From positions 4,765 to 42,372 of the forward strand of contig PLNY01000361.1 of NCBI GenBank assembly GCA_003141915.1: a DNA stretch of 37,608 nt. The letters are read 5' to 3'. This DNA comes from Anaerolineae bacterium (GTDB lineage: Bacteria > Chloroflexota > Anaerolineae > Anaerolineales > Villigracilaceae). Positions 6,702 to 17,096 of the stretch are shown one piece after another (position 1 is the stretch's first letter; every line of letters starts with the position of its first letter). The notes beneath the pieces were generated by a model. It was given only the letters and a program-made list of their open reading frames with translations. It made no database searches and was not told the origin of the DNA. A program made the translations under genes and the position numbers.

Positions 6702-9080
6702 TTAAGTCATGGATACGATTAACGGATTGTTATCGGTAATCGTAATTTTCTTGCCGTTCCGAAACGTGATTTCCGTTTGTTCGAGTCCGCGCACCACTTT
6801 CAAACCTTTATATAAAATCGTCACGGGCCACGCAAACGGATTCTTGCCTTCGAGCCGCACGCGTTCATCGGAAAGAATCGTCACGCCCAATGTTTGCAAA
6901 AAGAAACCGACGGGCGCAAGTCCATTCAATGCGCCGCGTTCGCCGAGTCCGTTTCCCGTCTCGGCGTGATAACGCTGATAGAAAGCATGATTTTGTTTAA
7001 GGCTTTGGATGACTGCGTTCATCAGATGCGCTGTCAGCCGCGCGGCTTCGCTTCGGAATCCATAAGACAGCAATCCTTCGCCGATCAATATGTTCCACGG
7101 CAGATGAATGCTCATTGCAACCGCGTCCGCTTTCGGGTCCGGGACGAGCGGCAACGCCGGAATGCCAAACGGCCGGCCAAAATATTCCGCATCGTTAAGC
7201 GAGCGGCCGATCATCACTTGCGCGCGTTGCGAATCGGGAATGCGCGCCCAAAGCGGCGTGAAGAGCGTGATGTCTTCGCTTGCCATATTTTCAATACTGA
7301 TTAATACTCGATCCAGTTTATCCAAACCTTGAATGCTGATGCGACCGATTTTCGTAAATACTTTTTGAGTGGTGGCAACCAGTCCGCCGCTTCTCCACCG
7401 GAATTGATTTTCTTCGATCACCTCGACATCGCCCCGGCCTTTGGTCACCAGATCGCTGATTTCGATGGTTGGCCGTTGCGCCGCCGGATTTTTAGTCTGC
7501 ACTTCGATCAACAAACGAACCGGCTGCTCAAACTCCAACTTGGGATGCATGTTGCCCGGCCCTTTATGTTTCGCGATCAATTTTCCGGCCTGACAAATAT
7601 TGGTGACGCGGTCCCGATAACTATATAATGCAGAGCGCGCGTCCCAGGCCGCATCCACGGATGATTTAAGTTTCTCTGCCTCTACTTCGAGCAATGGAAT
7701 TTCACTGGCTTTGTTCAGTCGCTTTGCCATTCGGATGAGGCATTGCGCCTCGTTGTACATCATGGCTTCCAACGCGGGATCGTGCATCACGGAAATATCC
7801 ACTCCTTGTGACCATGGATGCCAGACATCGAAAAGCGGATTGTCTTCAAAGCCGGTCTGGAGTACATGATCCCAAGATGGCAAACCATCGCCATCAGAAT
7901 CATGCTGCGGCGAAAGCCAGTCCCAGAAAAAGGCAAGCAATTTGGGGAAGGCTTCGCTGATAAAAGTTTCATCTTCCGTTTGTTGAAAATATTTCCATGC
8001 CAAACTTGCCAGCATCGGCGCGGCGGATAATTTTCCGCGTTGACCGGCGATGCCGGGTTTATGATCTATCGAGCCGTCTTTGGTTTGAATAAAAAGAAAA
8101 TTATTGATCAGTCCGCGTGATAATTCCTGTGTGGCTGGAATCACATTGGAAAGATAATAACTTTCCAGCGGTGTCTGTCCGCTCCAACCCGGCGGATAGT
8201 CGCGTCCGTCGCCTTTGTGAGAAAAACCCTGATCCGGTTGTCGGGACTGCACGAAGGATGGATTCGGCAATTGCTTATCGGGAGTAAAAAATAATCCCAA
8301 TGCGGCGCGCTGACTGAACGCGAGCGCCGCATCCCAATCCGGATCGCCGGTGCGAATATCGGGCGTGTCGCCCGCGTCCAGCAATTCAATGTGAGCGCGT
8401 TCCGCTTCCCATGGGCGACTGGCAGTGCGTCGCGCTAAATCGAACGAAGCTTCCGCTGAATCGGTGGAAGCAATTGCCCAGCTCACCTGACGGCTTGAAC
8501 CTGGATCGAAATCCAATGCCAATGTCAGTGATGGATGCGGACCAGCACCAAACTGCGGGCCGCCGGTCATAAAGATGACGGGGAAGAGTCCGGTAGTCTC
8601 GCCCGCGAGAACGTTGACCATTTGTTGTTGAGAATCTTTCAGAGGTTGTCCATCCAGCGGAGTCAGCATTCCGCATAAGTCAACTGTAATCTTGCGTGCG
8701 AATGCAGTACGATTGTTAAGAATAAGCCTTCCCGCGAGCGCATGAGATTCGGGAACCCAATATTCAACTGTGACTTCCAAGCCTTCAAATGGAGAACATT
8801 CCAGCCAGAGAAAGTTTGGATAGAATCGCCGCAGGTACGGTGATGCGAAAAATTCAGCAGGGCCGGTAATGGTTTTGCCCAGTTCCCCAAAGCGATAGAA
8901 GAGGCGCATGGTGCGGGCGCGCAGTCCATACGTTGTGCGAACAGCCAGCGCAGCCGGTTCGCCCGCGCCGATTTCAAGCTCCCAGATATGATCATTCACG
9001 TAATCCGGCTTCGACAGACGAAAGTCTGCGGCCAGAGTGAGGGACAGTGGATCGCCGGGTCGGAGATTCCAATCGCGCAT
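6702..9080 (-). CDS. Large (alpha/alpha)6-barrel glycoside hydrolase-like protein (GH63/MGH1-like)
   Basis: 792 aa. The central/C-terminal region has DGDGLPSWDHVLQTGFEDNPLFDVW (compare the G-x-DNSP-x-D motif) and ...YHAETGNGLGERGALNGLAPVGFFL, typical of GH63/GH37/GH15-clan enzymes. I do not recognise the N-terminal ~350 aa. Confidence 0.55.
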   Translation of the reverse strand: MRDWNLRPGDPLSLTLAADFRLSKPDYVNDHIWELEIGAGEPAALAVRTTYGLRARTMRLFYRFGELGKTITGPAEFFASPYLRRFYPNFLWLECSPFEGLEVTVEYWVPESHALAGRLILNNRTAFARKITVDLCGMLTPLDGQPLKDSQQQMVNVLAGETTGLFPVIFMTGGPQFGAGPHPSLTLALDFDPGSSRQVSWAIASTDSAEASFDLARRTASRPWEAERAHIELLDAGDTPDIRTGDPDWDAALAFSQRAALGLFFTPDKQLPNPSFVQSRQPDQGFSHKGDGRDYPPGWSGQTPLESYYLSNVIPATQELSRGLINNFLFIQTKDGSIDHKPGIAGQRGKLSAAPMLASLAWKYFQQTEDETFISEAFPKLLAFFWDWLSPQHDSDGDGLPSWDHVLQTGFEDNPLFDVWHPWSQGVDISVMHDPALEAMMYNEAQCLIRMAKRLNKASEIPLLEVEAEKLKSSVDAAWDARSALYSYRDRVTNICQAGKLIAKHKGPGNMHPKLEFEQPVRLLIEVQTKNPAAQRPTIEISDLVTKGRGDVEVIEENQFRWRSGGLVATTQKVFTKIGRISIQGLDKLDRVLISIENMASEDITLFTPLWARIPDSQRAQVMIGRSLNDAEYFGRPFGIPALPLVPDPKADAVAMSIHLPWNILIGEGLLSYGFRSEAARLTAHLMNAVIQSLKQNHAFYQRYHAETGNGLGERGALNGLAPVGFFLQTLGVTILSDERVRLEGKNPFAWPVTILYKGLKVVRGLEQTEITFRNGKKITITDNNPLIVSMT

Positions 9081-9157
9081 GGTTCTATTGTACGGTCAGA
9101 TGGGCGGATGGTCAAAGGGTATAATTTGGTCAGATTCTTTATGATAAGGAGACGAAC

Positions 9158-9604
9158 ATGGGCATGTATTTTGAGGAATTCAGTATTGGAAAAAAGATCG
9201 TGACTGGAGAACGGATCGTCACATCCGATGACATTATGAAATTTGCCGATTTGACCGGCGACAATAATCGCATCCATACGGACGCCGAGTTCAGCAAGAC
9301 TACGCCTTTCGGTCAGCGCATCGCACACGGACTTTTAGGCTTGTCGCTCGCTTCGGGCCTCGCCTGGCAGACAGGGATTCTCGACGGTACCGTGATCGCG
9401 TTTCGCGAAGTGAATGAATGGAAATTTATCAAACCCATTTTTATCGGTGATCAAGTTCAAGTTGAATTGAATGTGACTGAAACGAAGGCCTTGCCGCGCA
9501 TCGGCGGAGGCTCTGTGATGCTGGAAGTTGAATTGAAAAACCAGAAGGATGATGTCTGCATGAAAGGCGCTTGGAATATTCTGGTGATGCTAAAACCAAA
9601 ATAA
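9158..9604 (+). CDS. MaoC-like (R)-specific enoyl-CoA hydratase/dehydratase
   Basis: 148 aa. FADLTGDNNRIHTDAEFSKTTPFGQRIAHGLL is the hot-dog MaoC signature. An AAGGAG RBS is present. Confidence 0.85.
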   Translation: MGMYFEEFSIGKKIVTGERIVTSDDIMKFADLTGDNNRIHTDAEFSKTTPFGQRIAHGLLGLSLASGLAWQTGILDGTVIAFREVNEWKFIKPIFIGDQVQVELNVTETKALPRIGGGSVMLEVELKNQKDDVCMKGAWNILVMLKPK

Positions 9605-9913
9605 GCAAGTGGACGCTGAATAAAAAGATTTAAACGACGCGAAGATTGAAAAGTCTTTCTTTGCGCGCTTTCCACCAATACTTCCATTCCTCGCGCGTCA
9701 GTCTATGGAGATGGATCGTTCGGCGGCGCATATCGCGTCAACGAGAACATCCTGCACGAACTTTTTTCCGCCTGCCTCGAAGATATTTTACAGCTACTAA
9801 AGTTCGAATGATATTCTCATAGGAATTTCATAATCATGGATTGGCACAATTTAAAATGCTGTTACAATTCTAGGTTGTCAATAATATCGTGCCTATAAAG
9901 ATTGTGAGGAAAA

Positions 9914-10075
9914 ATGTATATTGATCCCAATACCGGTGGAATGTTGTTCCAGATTCTGGCGGCATCCTTGGTTGTAATTTCGGGTGTCCTGCTTGTGTTT
10001 TCAGGCAGGATTCGTGGATTTATTGCACAGCTCCGCCGAAAAATGCGCAAAGATAAAACTGAAGACGAAGAATAG
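9914..10075 (+). CDS. Small membrane protein (53 aa), translationally coupled to the downstream gene
   Basis: This ORF is not in the supplied track because it is under 60 aa. The product is MYIDPNTGGMLFQILAASLVVISGVLLVFSGRIRGFIAQLRRKMRKDKTEDEE. A GAGGA RBS is present. The stop TAG directly abuts the next ATG (TAGATG). Confidence 0.55.
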   Translation: MYIDPNTGGMLFQILAASLVVISGVLLVFSGRIRGFIAQLRRKMRKDKTEDEE

Positions 10076-11902
10076 ATGAAGACAGTTATCCTTGGGTTTG
10101 ACTCGTTCGACCCGGCCACCTTTGAACGGCTTCAAAACGCCGGGCGAATGCCTAATTTAACAAAGCTTGTAGATCAGGGCGGATATTCTCGTCTGGAGGT
10201 TTGCTCGCCGCCCCAAACTGAAGTTTCATGGACGTGTATCGCAACCGGTGTCGATCCCGGTTCGCACGGGATTTTTGATTTTGTTCATCGCGACCCGGAA
10301 ACATATATTCCATACGTTTCCATCCTGCCGACTAAGATAACCGCGTTAGGTGAACAGTACCAACCGCCTTATACCACCAAAACCTTTTTTGAAGAAGCAA
10401 CTTCGATGGGATATCCAGCGACTGCCTTATGGTGGCCGGCCTTGTTTCCCGCGCGCCCCGATATTCCCGTCGCGACGATTCCCGGATTGGGCACGCCGGA
10501 TATTCGCGGTCAGTTGGGCGTCGGCATTTATTTGACCACTGAGCCGGAAGAAAAGAAAAAAGTTAAAGTCGTTAAACTTGAATCCGTTGGCAATAAAAAA
10601 TTCACAGCGACGATTGATGGGCCACAGGTTAAGTCGAAAGAAGGGAGTCATCCTGCATCTCTTCCGGTAACGATTGAAATTTTGGATGATCAAACTGCGA
10701 GTCTGACGATTGATAATCAAAAGATTCAATTATCACTCGGCGCATGGAGTCCGATCATCGAACTCAAATTCGCGGCAGGCTTTGCGTTCAATATTCAAGC
10801 CATCACACAAGTCATTCTGACCGAAGTGAAAGACAGAGTTAGTTTATATTTTCTGCCTTTGCAGATTCATCCGTTACATTCGCTCTGGCTGTATGCCACG
10901 CCGTCATCGCTCGTTAAAGATTCGTGGAAAAAAATCGGCCCATTCCTCACTTTGGGCTGGCCCCAAGATACGAACGCCCTCGAAGACAATTGCATCACCG
11001 ACGAGCAATTCCTCAGCCTGTGCGAATCGATTTTTGAGTCGCGCAAGAAGATGTATTTTCGTCTGTTGGATAATTTCAAAGAAGGCGTGCTGGCTGGAAT
11101 TTTCGATGACCTGGATCGCGTCCAGCACATGTTCCTACGAACCAATCAGGAGATCGTAGATAGCTGGTACCTAAAGCTCGATCAATTCGTGGGCGAAGTC
11201 CAAGATAGAATCAACAAGCTTGGCTTGCAGAAATATCGTTTCCTGATTCTGTCCGATCACGGCTTCCGCACCTTCGAGCAAAAAGTTCACATCAATCGCT
11301 GGTTGGTCGAAAACGGATATATGAGTTTATCGCGTCAAACCGAAACGCCGGAACTTAGCGATGTGGATTGGGATAAAACCAAAGCGTACGCACTCGGGCT
11401 CAACAGCCTTTATCTCAATATCGCAAGCCGCGAGGGCAACGGAATTGTTCAACCGGAAGAAATCGAAAACCTTTTGGATGAGATCAAAACCAAATTATTG
11501 AACTGGAAAACTTCGGATGGCAAGCAGATCATCAGCCGCGTTTTATTGAAGCATGAAGCCTTCCATGGTCCTTATACGCGTCTTGGCCCGGACCTCGTGA
11601 TCGGTTACGCTCCTGGATTCCGCGCCTCGTCCGAAACCGGTCTCGGAAAATCCGCACCCGTTTCGATGGAGGCAAATCAAGGCCATTGGGGCGCCGATCA
11701 TTGCATCGATTCGCTGATGGTGCCGGGAGTCATCTTTACCAATCGCGATATCCGAAACATGCCCGGGATTTCATTCAGGGATATTCCGTTTCTCGCGTTG
11801 GGCAAACATCTCGACCAATCCTATATCAAGCCGCCGTCTCAGACCAGCTCGCATGGTCAGAAAGATTTGGAAGAGAGATTGAAAGGTCTGGGATATCTTT
11901 AA
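10076..11902 (+). CDS. Alkaline-phosphatase superfamily protein (type I phosphodiesterase/nucleotide pyrophosphatase-like)
   Basis: 608 aa. ILGFDSFDP...SPPQTEVSWTCIATGVDPGSHGIFDF and LILSDHGF are typical of the Phosphodiest/AlkP fold. Confidence 0.7.
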   Translation: MKTVILGFDSFDPATFERLQNAGRMPNLTKLVDQGGYSRLEVCSPPQTEVSWTCIATGVDPGSHGIFDFVHRDPETYIPYVSILPTKITALGEQYQPPYTTKTFFEEATSMGYPATALWWPALFPARPDIPVATIPGLGTPDIRGQLGVGIYLTTEPEEKKKVKVVKLESVGNKKFTATIDGPQVKSKEGSHPASLPVTIEILDDQTASLTIDNQKIQLSLGAWSPIIELKFAAGFAFNIQAITQVILTEVKDRVSLYFLPLQIHPLHSLWLYATPSSLVKDSWKKIGPFLTLGWPQDTNALEDNCITDEQFLSLCESIFESRKKMYFRLLDNFKEGVLAGIFDDLDRVQHMFLRTNQEIVDSWYLKLDQFVGEVQDRINKLGLQKYRFLILSDHGFRTFEQKVHINRWLVENGYMSLSRQTETPELSDVDWDKTKAYALGLNSLYLNIASREGNGIVQPEEIENLLDEIKTKLLNWKTSDGKQIISRVLLKHEAFHGPYTRLGPDLVIGYAPGFRASSETGLGKSAPVSMEANQGHWGADHCIDSLMVPGVIFTNRDIRNMPGISFRDIPFLALGKHLDQSYIKPPSQTSSHGQKDLEERLKGLGYL

Positions 11903-11926
11903 TCCGATTCTCTTATCACCACTGCA

Positions 11927-12547
11927 ATGTTAAAGAATATATTTGGTAACAAAACATCTCAAAGAAATGGTGATAAAACGATCATCGTTGTTTCCGGCCT
12001 GCCCCGCTCCGGAACTTCGATGATGATGAAGATGCTTGAGGAGGGCGGCATCCCGATTCTAACGGACGCGATTCGCCGCGCTGACGATGATAATCCCAAC
12101 GGCTATTATGAATTTGAATTTGTAAAGAAACTGCCCGAGGGTCAAAACAAATGGCTGGCTGATGCAAATCATAAAGCCGTAAAGATTATTTCGGCTTTGC
12201 TTGAACATCTTCCCGCGAGTTATCGTTACAAAATAATTTTTATGGAAAGGGAACCGCGTGAGATATTGGCGTCCCAGCAGAAGATGCTCGCGAATCGGAA
12301 CGAGAAATCGAGTGTTGATGATGCTGAAATGCAGGAGCAATTCCAAAAGCATTTGGCGGCGATCAAATATTGGCTGGCAAGACGGCCCAACATGGATGTG
12401 ATGTACGTTGATTACAACAAAATGATTGTCAGCCCGGAGAATTACTGCCAGGATATTGCAGATTTTATTGCCATTCCCATTGATGTTTCAAAAATGCTGG
12501 CTGTCCCGAATGAACGCCTTTATCGAAATCGAGTGGCTAAACCTTAA
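11927..12547 (+). CDS. Sulfotransferase family protein
   Basis: 206 aa. The N-terminal VVSGLPRSGTSMM resembles a PAPS 5'-phosphosulfate-binding loop. The size and layout fit small bacterial sulfotransferases. Confidence 0.65.
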   Translation: MLKNIFGNKTSQRNGDKTIIVVSGLPRSGTSMMMKMLEEGGIPILTDAIRRADDDNPNGYYEFEFVKKLPEGQNKWLADANHKAVKIISALLEHLPASYRYKIIFMEREPREILASQQKMLANRNEKSSVDDAEMQEQFQKHLAAIKYWLARRPNMDVMYVDYNKMIVSPENYCQDIADFIAIPIDVSKMLAVPNERLYRNRVAKP

Positions 12548-12567
12548 ACTTCTTTAAGGTTACCGGC

Positions 12568-12595
12568 TTGACTTCAATGCCATTCCGAGTATAAT
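12568..12595 (+). promoter_or_regulatory. Near-consensus sigma70-type promoter upstream of rpoC
   Basis: TTGACT (12568-12573), a 16-nt spacer, then TATAAT (12590-12595). Confidence 0.55.
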
Positions 12596-12630
12596 TACGG
12601 TCGTTGAGTGTAAAAATTGACTGAGAAATC

Positions 12631-12680
12631 GCAAGCGCTTGAGACGAAAAGTCTCGAAGCGCTTGCCTTTGTTTGTCTCT
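12631..12680 (+). terminator. Terminator/attenuator-like hairpin in the rpoC leader
   Basis: GCAAGCGCTTGAGAC-gaaaa-GTCTCGAAGCGCTTGC forms a 15-bp stem with one bulge and is followed by CTTTGTTTGTCTCT. It lies between the predicted promoter and the rpoC RBS. Confidence 0.5.
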
Positions 12681-12751
12681 CGTTCGTGCCGACTACACGC
12701 TAAATGAAACATTGATTCAAGTTTCTTTTTTGCGACATAGGAGAGAAAGCA

Positions 12752-15700
12752 GTGGAAACTAAAGGATTAACCGCACTTCGCATCAGCTTGGCATCCCCTC
12801 AAACGATTCTATCGTGGTCTTATGGTGAAGTACTGAAACCAGAAACGATCAACTATCGCCGTCTTCGCCCGGAAAAAGACGGGTTGTTCTGCGAGGCTAT
12901 TTTTGGCCCCACTCGTGACTGGCAGTGCTATTGCGGCAAATATAAAAATCCCCGTTACAAGGGAATCATATGTGAAAAATGCGGCGTCGAAGTGACTCGT
13001 TCCGCGGTCCGCCGTGAGCGCATGGGACACATCGCGTTGGCGACTCCCGTAGCGCATATCTGGTACACCCGCCGCATTCCATCCCAGTTGGGAATGTTAC
13101 TCGATATCTCACGCCGCAACCTGGACCGTGTGCTTTATTTTGCACAATATATTGTTACCTACGTTGACGATGAAGCCCGCAAGAAAGCCCTTCAGCGCCT
13201 GGAGGACGAGATTTCCGTTTCCGAGCGTGAGCAAGCCGCGGACGTCAATGCAAAGATCGCCGAGATCAAGACCAAGCGCGATCACAGATTAAATGAAATC
13301 AATCAAAAGAAATCTGTCCTGGAACAAGGGTATGACGAATACATTGCCGAGCAACTGGATCCTGTTATCCGGGAGGGCCAAAAACTGGAGAAGCTTCTGC
13401 AGGATCAGATGGGTCAGCCTGCCAAGAAAGAGGTTGTCTTCGAATTAACCGGCGAGAAGATTCTGGATGCCAACGATAAGGTTGCCAGCAAACACATCAG
13501 CCAGGTTCAGAAGATCGTTCAGAAGAAACTGGAAACGCTTGAGAATGAGCTAAAAGATAAGCGTGCCAAAGAATTCGAAGACCTAAAAATGGAATCGGGT
13601 CGCGTCAAGGCCGATGCTGACATGAAGATGGAAGCTTTGCGCTCGCAGCTGGATGATCAAACCTCCGTATCGGCCAATCAATCCTCGCGTCAACGCGACG
13701 AGTTGATGGAACTCCGTCCGTTCACCTTTATCAGCGAAGCGCGTTATCGCGAACTCAAACAACGCTGGGGACAAGTCTTCCGCGCAGACATGGGCGCCGA
13801 AGCTTTCTATGATATTCTCGAACGCCTCGACCTCGATAAGTTGGCTGTGGAACTCTGGAAGGAAGTCCGCACCACCAAGTCAAAGCAGAAGCGCAAGAAA
13901 GCCACGACCCGTTTGAAAGTCGTGGAAGCGTTCCGCCGCTCAGGCAATCGTCCCGAATGGATGATCCTGACCGTTCTGCCAGTCATTCCTCCTGACCTGC
14001 GCCCGATGGTTCAGCTCGATGGCGGTCGCTTCGCCACGTCCGACCTTAACGATTTATACCGCCGCGTGATCAACCGCAATAACCGCCTCAAGCGTTTGCT
14101 CGAACTGGGCGCGCCGGATGTCATCATCCGCAATGAGAAGCGCATGTTGCAGGAAGCGGTGGACAGCCTCATTGATAATTCCCAGCGCGGCAAGGCGCTT
14201 AGCCGCCGCGGCCGCCGCGAACTTAAATCCTTGAGCGACATGCTCAAGGGCAAGAAAGGCCGCTTCCGCCGAAATTTGCTTGGCAAGCGCGTGGATTATT
14301 CCGGCCGTTCCGTGATCGTGGTTGGACCTCAGCTCAAACTCTATCAATGCGGTTTGCCGAAGACCATGGCGTTGGAACTCTATCGCCCGTTTGTGATCGC
14401 GCGACTCGTTCAGAATGGTTATGCCGCGAACGTCAAAGGTGCGCGCCGTTTGATCGAGCGCAATCGACCTGAAGTCTGGGAAGCGCTCGAAGATGTCATC
14501 AAGGATCGTCCCGTGCTTCTTAACCGCGCGCCGACTCTGCATCGTCTCGGCATTCAAGCCTTTGAACCAATCCTCATTGAAGGTTCAGCCATTCAACTGC
14601 ACCCGCTCGTGACCACCGCCTTCAATGCCGACTTCGATGGTGACCAGATGGCTGTGCATGTGCCTCTTTCACAAAAGGCCGTGCAGGAGGCGCGCGAGCT
14701 GATGCTGGCTTCCAAGAATCTGCTCAAGCCTGCGGATGGCGAGCCGATTATTTCGCCGTCGAAAGACATGGTGCTCGGCGTGTATTATCTGACCATGGAG
14801 CAGAAGGCCGCTCACAAGGGTGATGGCCGCGCCTTCGCTGATATGGATGAAGTTGAACTTGCCTATCAGCTTGAACAAGTAGATATTCACGCCAGGATCA
14901 AACTGAAGGCCGCCACCTGGTATAACGATAAAGGCGACCGCCTGCCCGAGGCCGAGACACGCATCATCGAAACGACGGTTGGCCGCGTGCTCTTCAACCG
15001 CATCCTGCCTCCCGAGGTTCAGTTCACGAACGAAAAACTCGATAAGGGCGGCGTGAAAGATTTGATCGCGGATGTGTATGAGTTATGCGGACGCGATCCA
15101 ACGACAGATGTTGCTGACAGGATCAAAGCCATGGGCTTTGAATTTGCAATGCGCTCCGGCACCACGCTGGCCGTGGCTGATATTTCCATTCCGCCCGAAC
15201 GAAAAGGTATTCTTGACGAGGCGCAAACGCAAGTTGAAGTGGTGGAACGCGATTTCCGCCGCGGCCTGCTCACCGAGCAGGAACAGAACGAGCGCGTGAT
15301 TGACATTTGGCAGGTCACCACCGATCATGTTGCCGATGCGGTTAAGAAACACATGGACCCCGATGGCAACCTTTCCGTGATGGCGGCCTCCGGCGCGACC
15401 AAAGGCGGTTTCTCGACCGTCTCGCAGTTGGCCGGTATGCGCGGCCTCATGGCCGATCCTTCCGGACGAATTATCCCATTGCCGATTCGCTCCAACTTCC
15501 GCGAAGGTCTGACCGCGCTGGAATATTTCATCTCAACGCATGGCGCGCGCAAAGGTTTGGCGGATACCGCCCTTCGCACCGCGGACGCAGGGTACCTTAC
15601 CCGCCGCTTGGTGGATATCGCACAGGATATTATCATCAACGAACATGATTGCAACACGCAGGAAGGCATCTATATCCGCCGCGCAGATGATGTGGCTGGA

Positions 15701-16999
15701 CAATCGTTATCGAGTCGACTCTATAGCCGCCTGTTGGCGGAACGCGTCATTGATCCGAAGACCGGCGAAGTCATCGCCGAACGTGATGACGTGATCGATC
15801 ATGATCTGGCGCGGAAAATTGCCAATTCCGGAATTGCCGAAGTCAAAGTCCGCTCGCCGCTGACCTGTGAACTTCAGCATGGCATCTGCGCCAAATGTTA
15901 TGGCATTGATTTGGGCCGCGGCGACATGGTGGACCTCGGTTCGGCAGTGGGTATTGTTGCCGCCCAATCCATCGGCGAGCCGGGCACCCAGTTGACGTTG
16001 CGTACTTTCCATACCGGTGGCGTGGTCGCCGGAGGAGCGGATATCACAACCGGTCTGCCGCGCGTGGAAGAGTTATTTGAGGCGCGCAAACAGCCGAAAG
16101 GCGAGGCCGTTGTCGCCGAGATCGGAGGCGTGGTACGCGTCGTCCAATCGGAAAAGATGGCCGATTTACGCGAAGTCCGAATCGAACACGCCGAAATGGT
16201 TCACGATGAATATGCCGTGCCTGAAGATTGGAAATATGTTGCCGTTGACGAATCGGAAGTTAAGCCCGGCGATATATTGGCGACCAAAGAGAAAGCCACT
16301 GTTGTGGCCCAGCATGGCGGCAGGATCGCGGTTGAGAAAAAAGATCACAAGATCATGGTGTCGTACGAACAGCGCGAAGAGAAGGCGTATGATATTCCTT
16401 CCACCTCGCGCCTGCTTGTAAAAGAAGGCGATCACGTCGAGGCCGGCCAGGCGCTGACCGAAGGTTCGCTCAATCCTCATCGCGTTCTCCGCATTCAGGG
16501 ACGCGAGGCTGCTCAAATGTATCTGTTGAGCGAGATTCAGAAAGTCTATCGCTCGCAGGGACAGAACATTCACGATAAACATTTCGAAGTCATCATCCGC
16601 AAGATGATGAGCAAGGTGGCGGTCAGCCGCCCCGGCGACAGCAAGTACCTGCCCGGCGACGCGGTGGATCGCCAGGAATTGCGTCGGTTGAATGAGCAAT
16701 TGCTTTCCGAAGGCAAGCAACCGGCCAGGCTCCTCGAGACCCTGCTCGGTGTGACGAAAGCTTCGCTCTCCACCGACTCATGGCTCTCGGCTTCCTCCTT
16801 CCAGCATACGATCAAAGTGCTGGCGGGCGCGGCCATCGGCTCGACCTCCGATCCGCTCTACGGTTTGAAGGAAAACGTCATCATCGGCAAGCTGATTCCC
16901 GCCGGTTCAGGCTTTACCCTTGGCCGCTTCAAACCCGGGGACAGCGACGGCGCATCCTCGCAATGGATGGAGATCGGCGAAAGCGCATCCGCCGATTAA
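12752..16999 (+). CDS. rpoC: DNA-directed RNA polymerase subunit beta-prime
   Basis: 1415 aa. Zn-finger CYCGKYK...CEKCGVEV, catalytic NADFDGDQM, and trigger-loop/bridge-helix regions are collinear with bacterial RpoC. The start is GTG with an AGGAGAG RBS. Confidence 0.97.
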   Translation: METKGLTALRISLASPQTILSWSYGEVLKPETINYRRLRPEKDGLFCEAIFGPTRDWQCYCGKYKNPRYKGIICEKCGVEVTRSAVRRERMGHIALATPVAHIWYTRRIPSQLGMLLDISRRNLDRVLYFAQYIVTYVDDEARKKALQRLEDEISVSEREQAADVNAKIAEIKTKRDHRLNEINQKKSVLEQGYDEYIAEQLDPVIREGQKLEKLLQDQMGQPAKKEVVFELTGEKILDANDKVASKHISQVQKIVQKKLETLENELKDKRAKEFEDLKMESGRVKADADMKMEALRSQLDDQTSVSANQSSRQRDELMELRPFTFISEARYRELKQRWGQVFRADMGAEAFYDILERLDLDKLAVELWKEVRTTKSKQKRKKATTRLKVVEAFRRSGNRPEWMILTVLPVIPPDLRPMVQLDGGRFATSDLNDLYRRVINRNNRLKRLLELGAPDVIIRNEKRMLQEAVDSLIDNSQRGKALSRRGRRELKSLSDMLKGKKGRFRRNLLGKRVDYSGRSVIVVGPQLKLYQCGLPKTMALELYRPFVIARLVQNGYAANVKGARRLIERNRPEVWEALEDVIKDRPVLLNRAPTLHRLGIQAFEPILIEGSAIQLHPLVTTAFNADFDGDQMAVHVPLSQKAVQEARELMLASKNLLKPADGEPIISPSKDMVLGVYYLTMEQKAAHKGDGRAFADMDEVELAYQLEQVDIHARIKLKAATWYNDKGDRLPEAETRIIETTVGRVLFNRILPPEVQFTNEKLDKGGVKDLIADVYELCGRDPTTDVADRIKAMGFEFAMRSGTTLAVADISIPPERKGILDEAQTQVEVVERDFRRGLLTEQEQNERVIDIWQVTTDHVADAVKKHMDPDGNLSVMAASGATKGGFSTVSQLAGMRGLMADPSGRIIPLPIRSNFREGLTALEYFISTHGARKGLADTALRTADAGYLTRRLVDIAQDIIINEHDCNTQEGIYIRRADDVAGQSLSSRLYSRLLAERVIDPKTGEVIAERDDVIDHDLARKIANSGIAEVKVRSPLTCELQHGICAKCYGIDLGRGDMVDLGSAVGIVAAQSIGEPGTQLTLRTFHTGGVVAGGADITTGLPRVEELFEARKQPKGEAVVAEIGGVVRVVQSEKMADLREVRIEHAEMVHDEYAVPEDWKYVAVDESEVKPGDILATKEKATVVAQHGGRIAVEKKDHKIMVSYEQREEKAYDIPSTSRLLVKEGDHVEAGQALTEGSLNPHRVLRIQGREAAQMYLLSEIQKVYRSQGQNIHDKHFEVIIRKMMSKVAVSRPGDSKYLPGDAVDRQELRRLNEQLLSEGKQPARLLETLLGVTKASLSTDSWLSASSFQHTIKVLAGAAIGSTSDPLYGLKENVIIGKLIPAGSGFTLGRFKPGDSDGASSQWMEIGESASAD

Positions 17000-17012
17000 T
17001 CAAAAACCCCAT

Positions 17013-17045
17013 AGGGACACAGCGTGCTTCGCGGGCTGTGTCCCT
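17013..17045 (+). terminator. Hairpin downstream of rpoC
   Basis: AGGGACACAGC-gtgcttcgcgg-GCTGTGTCCCT forms an 11-bp stem. The U-tract is weak (GTAAATTT). Confidence 0.45.
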
Positions 17046-17096
17046 GTAAATTTAAATACCAAGTATCAGTAAATTTTTCAAAGTGAATGAATTCGT

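Noticed and set aside
6507-6722. ORFs inside the GTCATTGCGAG-family repeats (6507-6722, 25306-25500, 25478-25801)
   Set aside because: They are composed of repeat sequence or lie antisense to the PAP2 gene. They have no RBS and no family resemblance.
9605-9913. Possible gene remnant or small ORFs between the MaoC gene and the 53-aa ORF (for example ...VYGDGSFGGAYRVNENILHELFSACLEDILQLLKFE)
   Set aside because: There is no start codon or RBS context, and the longest frames are under 50 codons. I cannot distinguish a remnant from chance without a database search.
12809-16836. Numerous antisense or out-of-frame ORFs inside rpoC (for example 14054-14557 and 16166-16720)
   Set aside because: They lie entirely within a highly conserved essential gene, have no family resemblance, and are typical shadow ORFs of GC-rich coding sequence. 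The same reasoning applies to shadow ORFs inside the LLM oxidoreductase, GH63-like, AKR, ADH, NTP-transferase and tilS genes.
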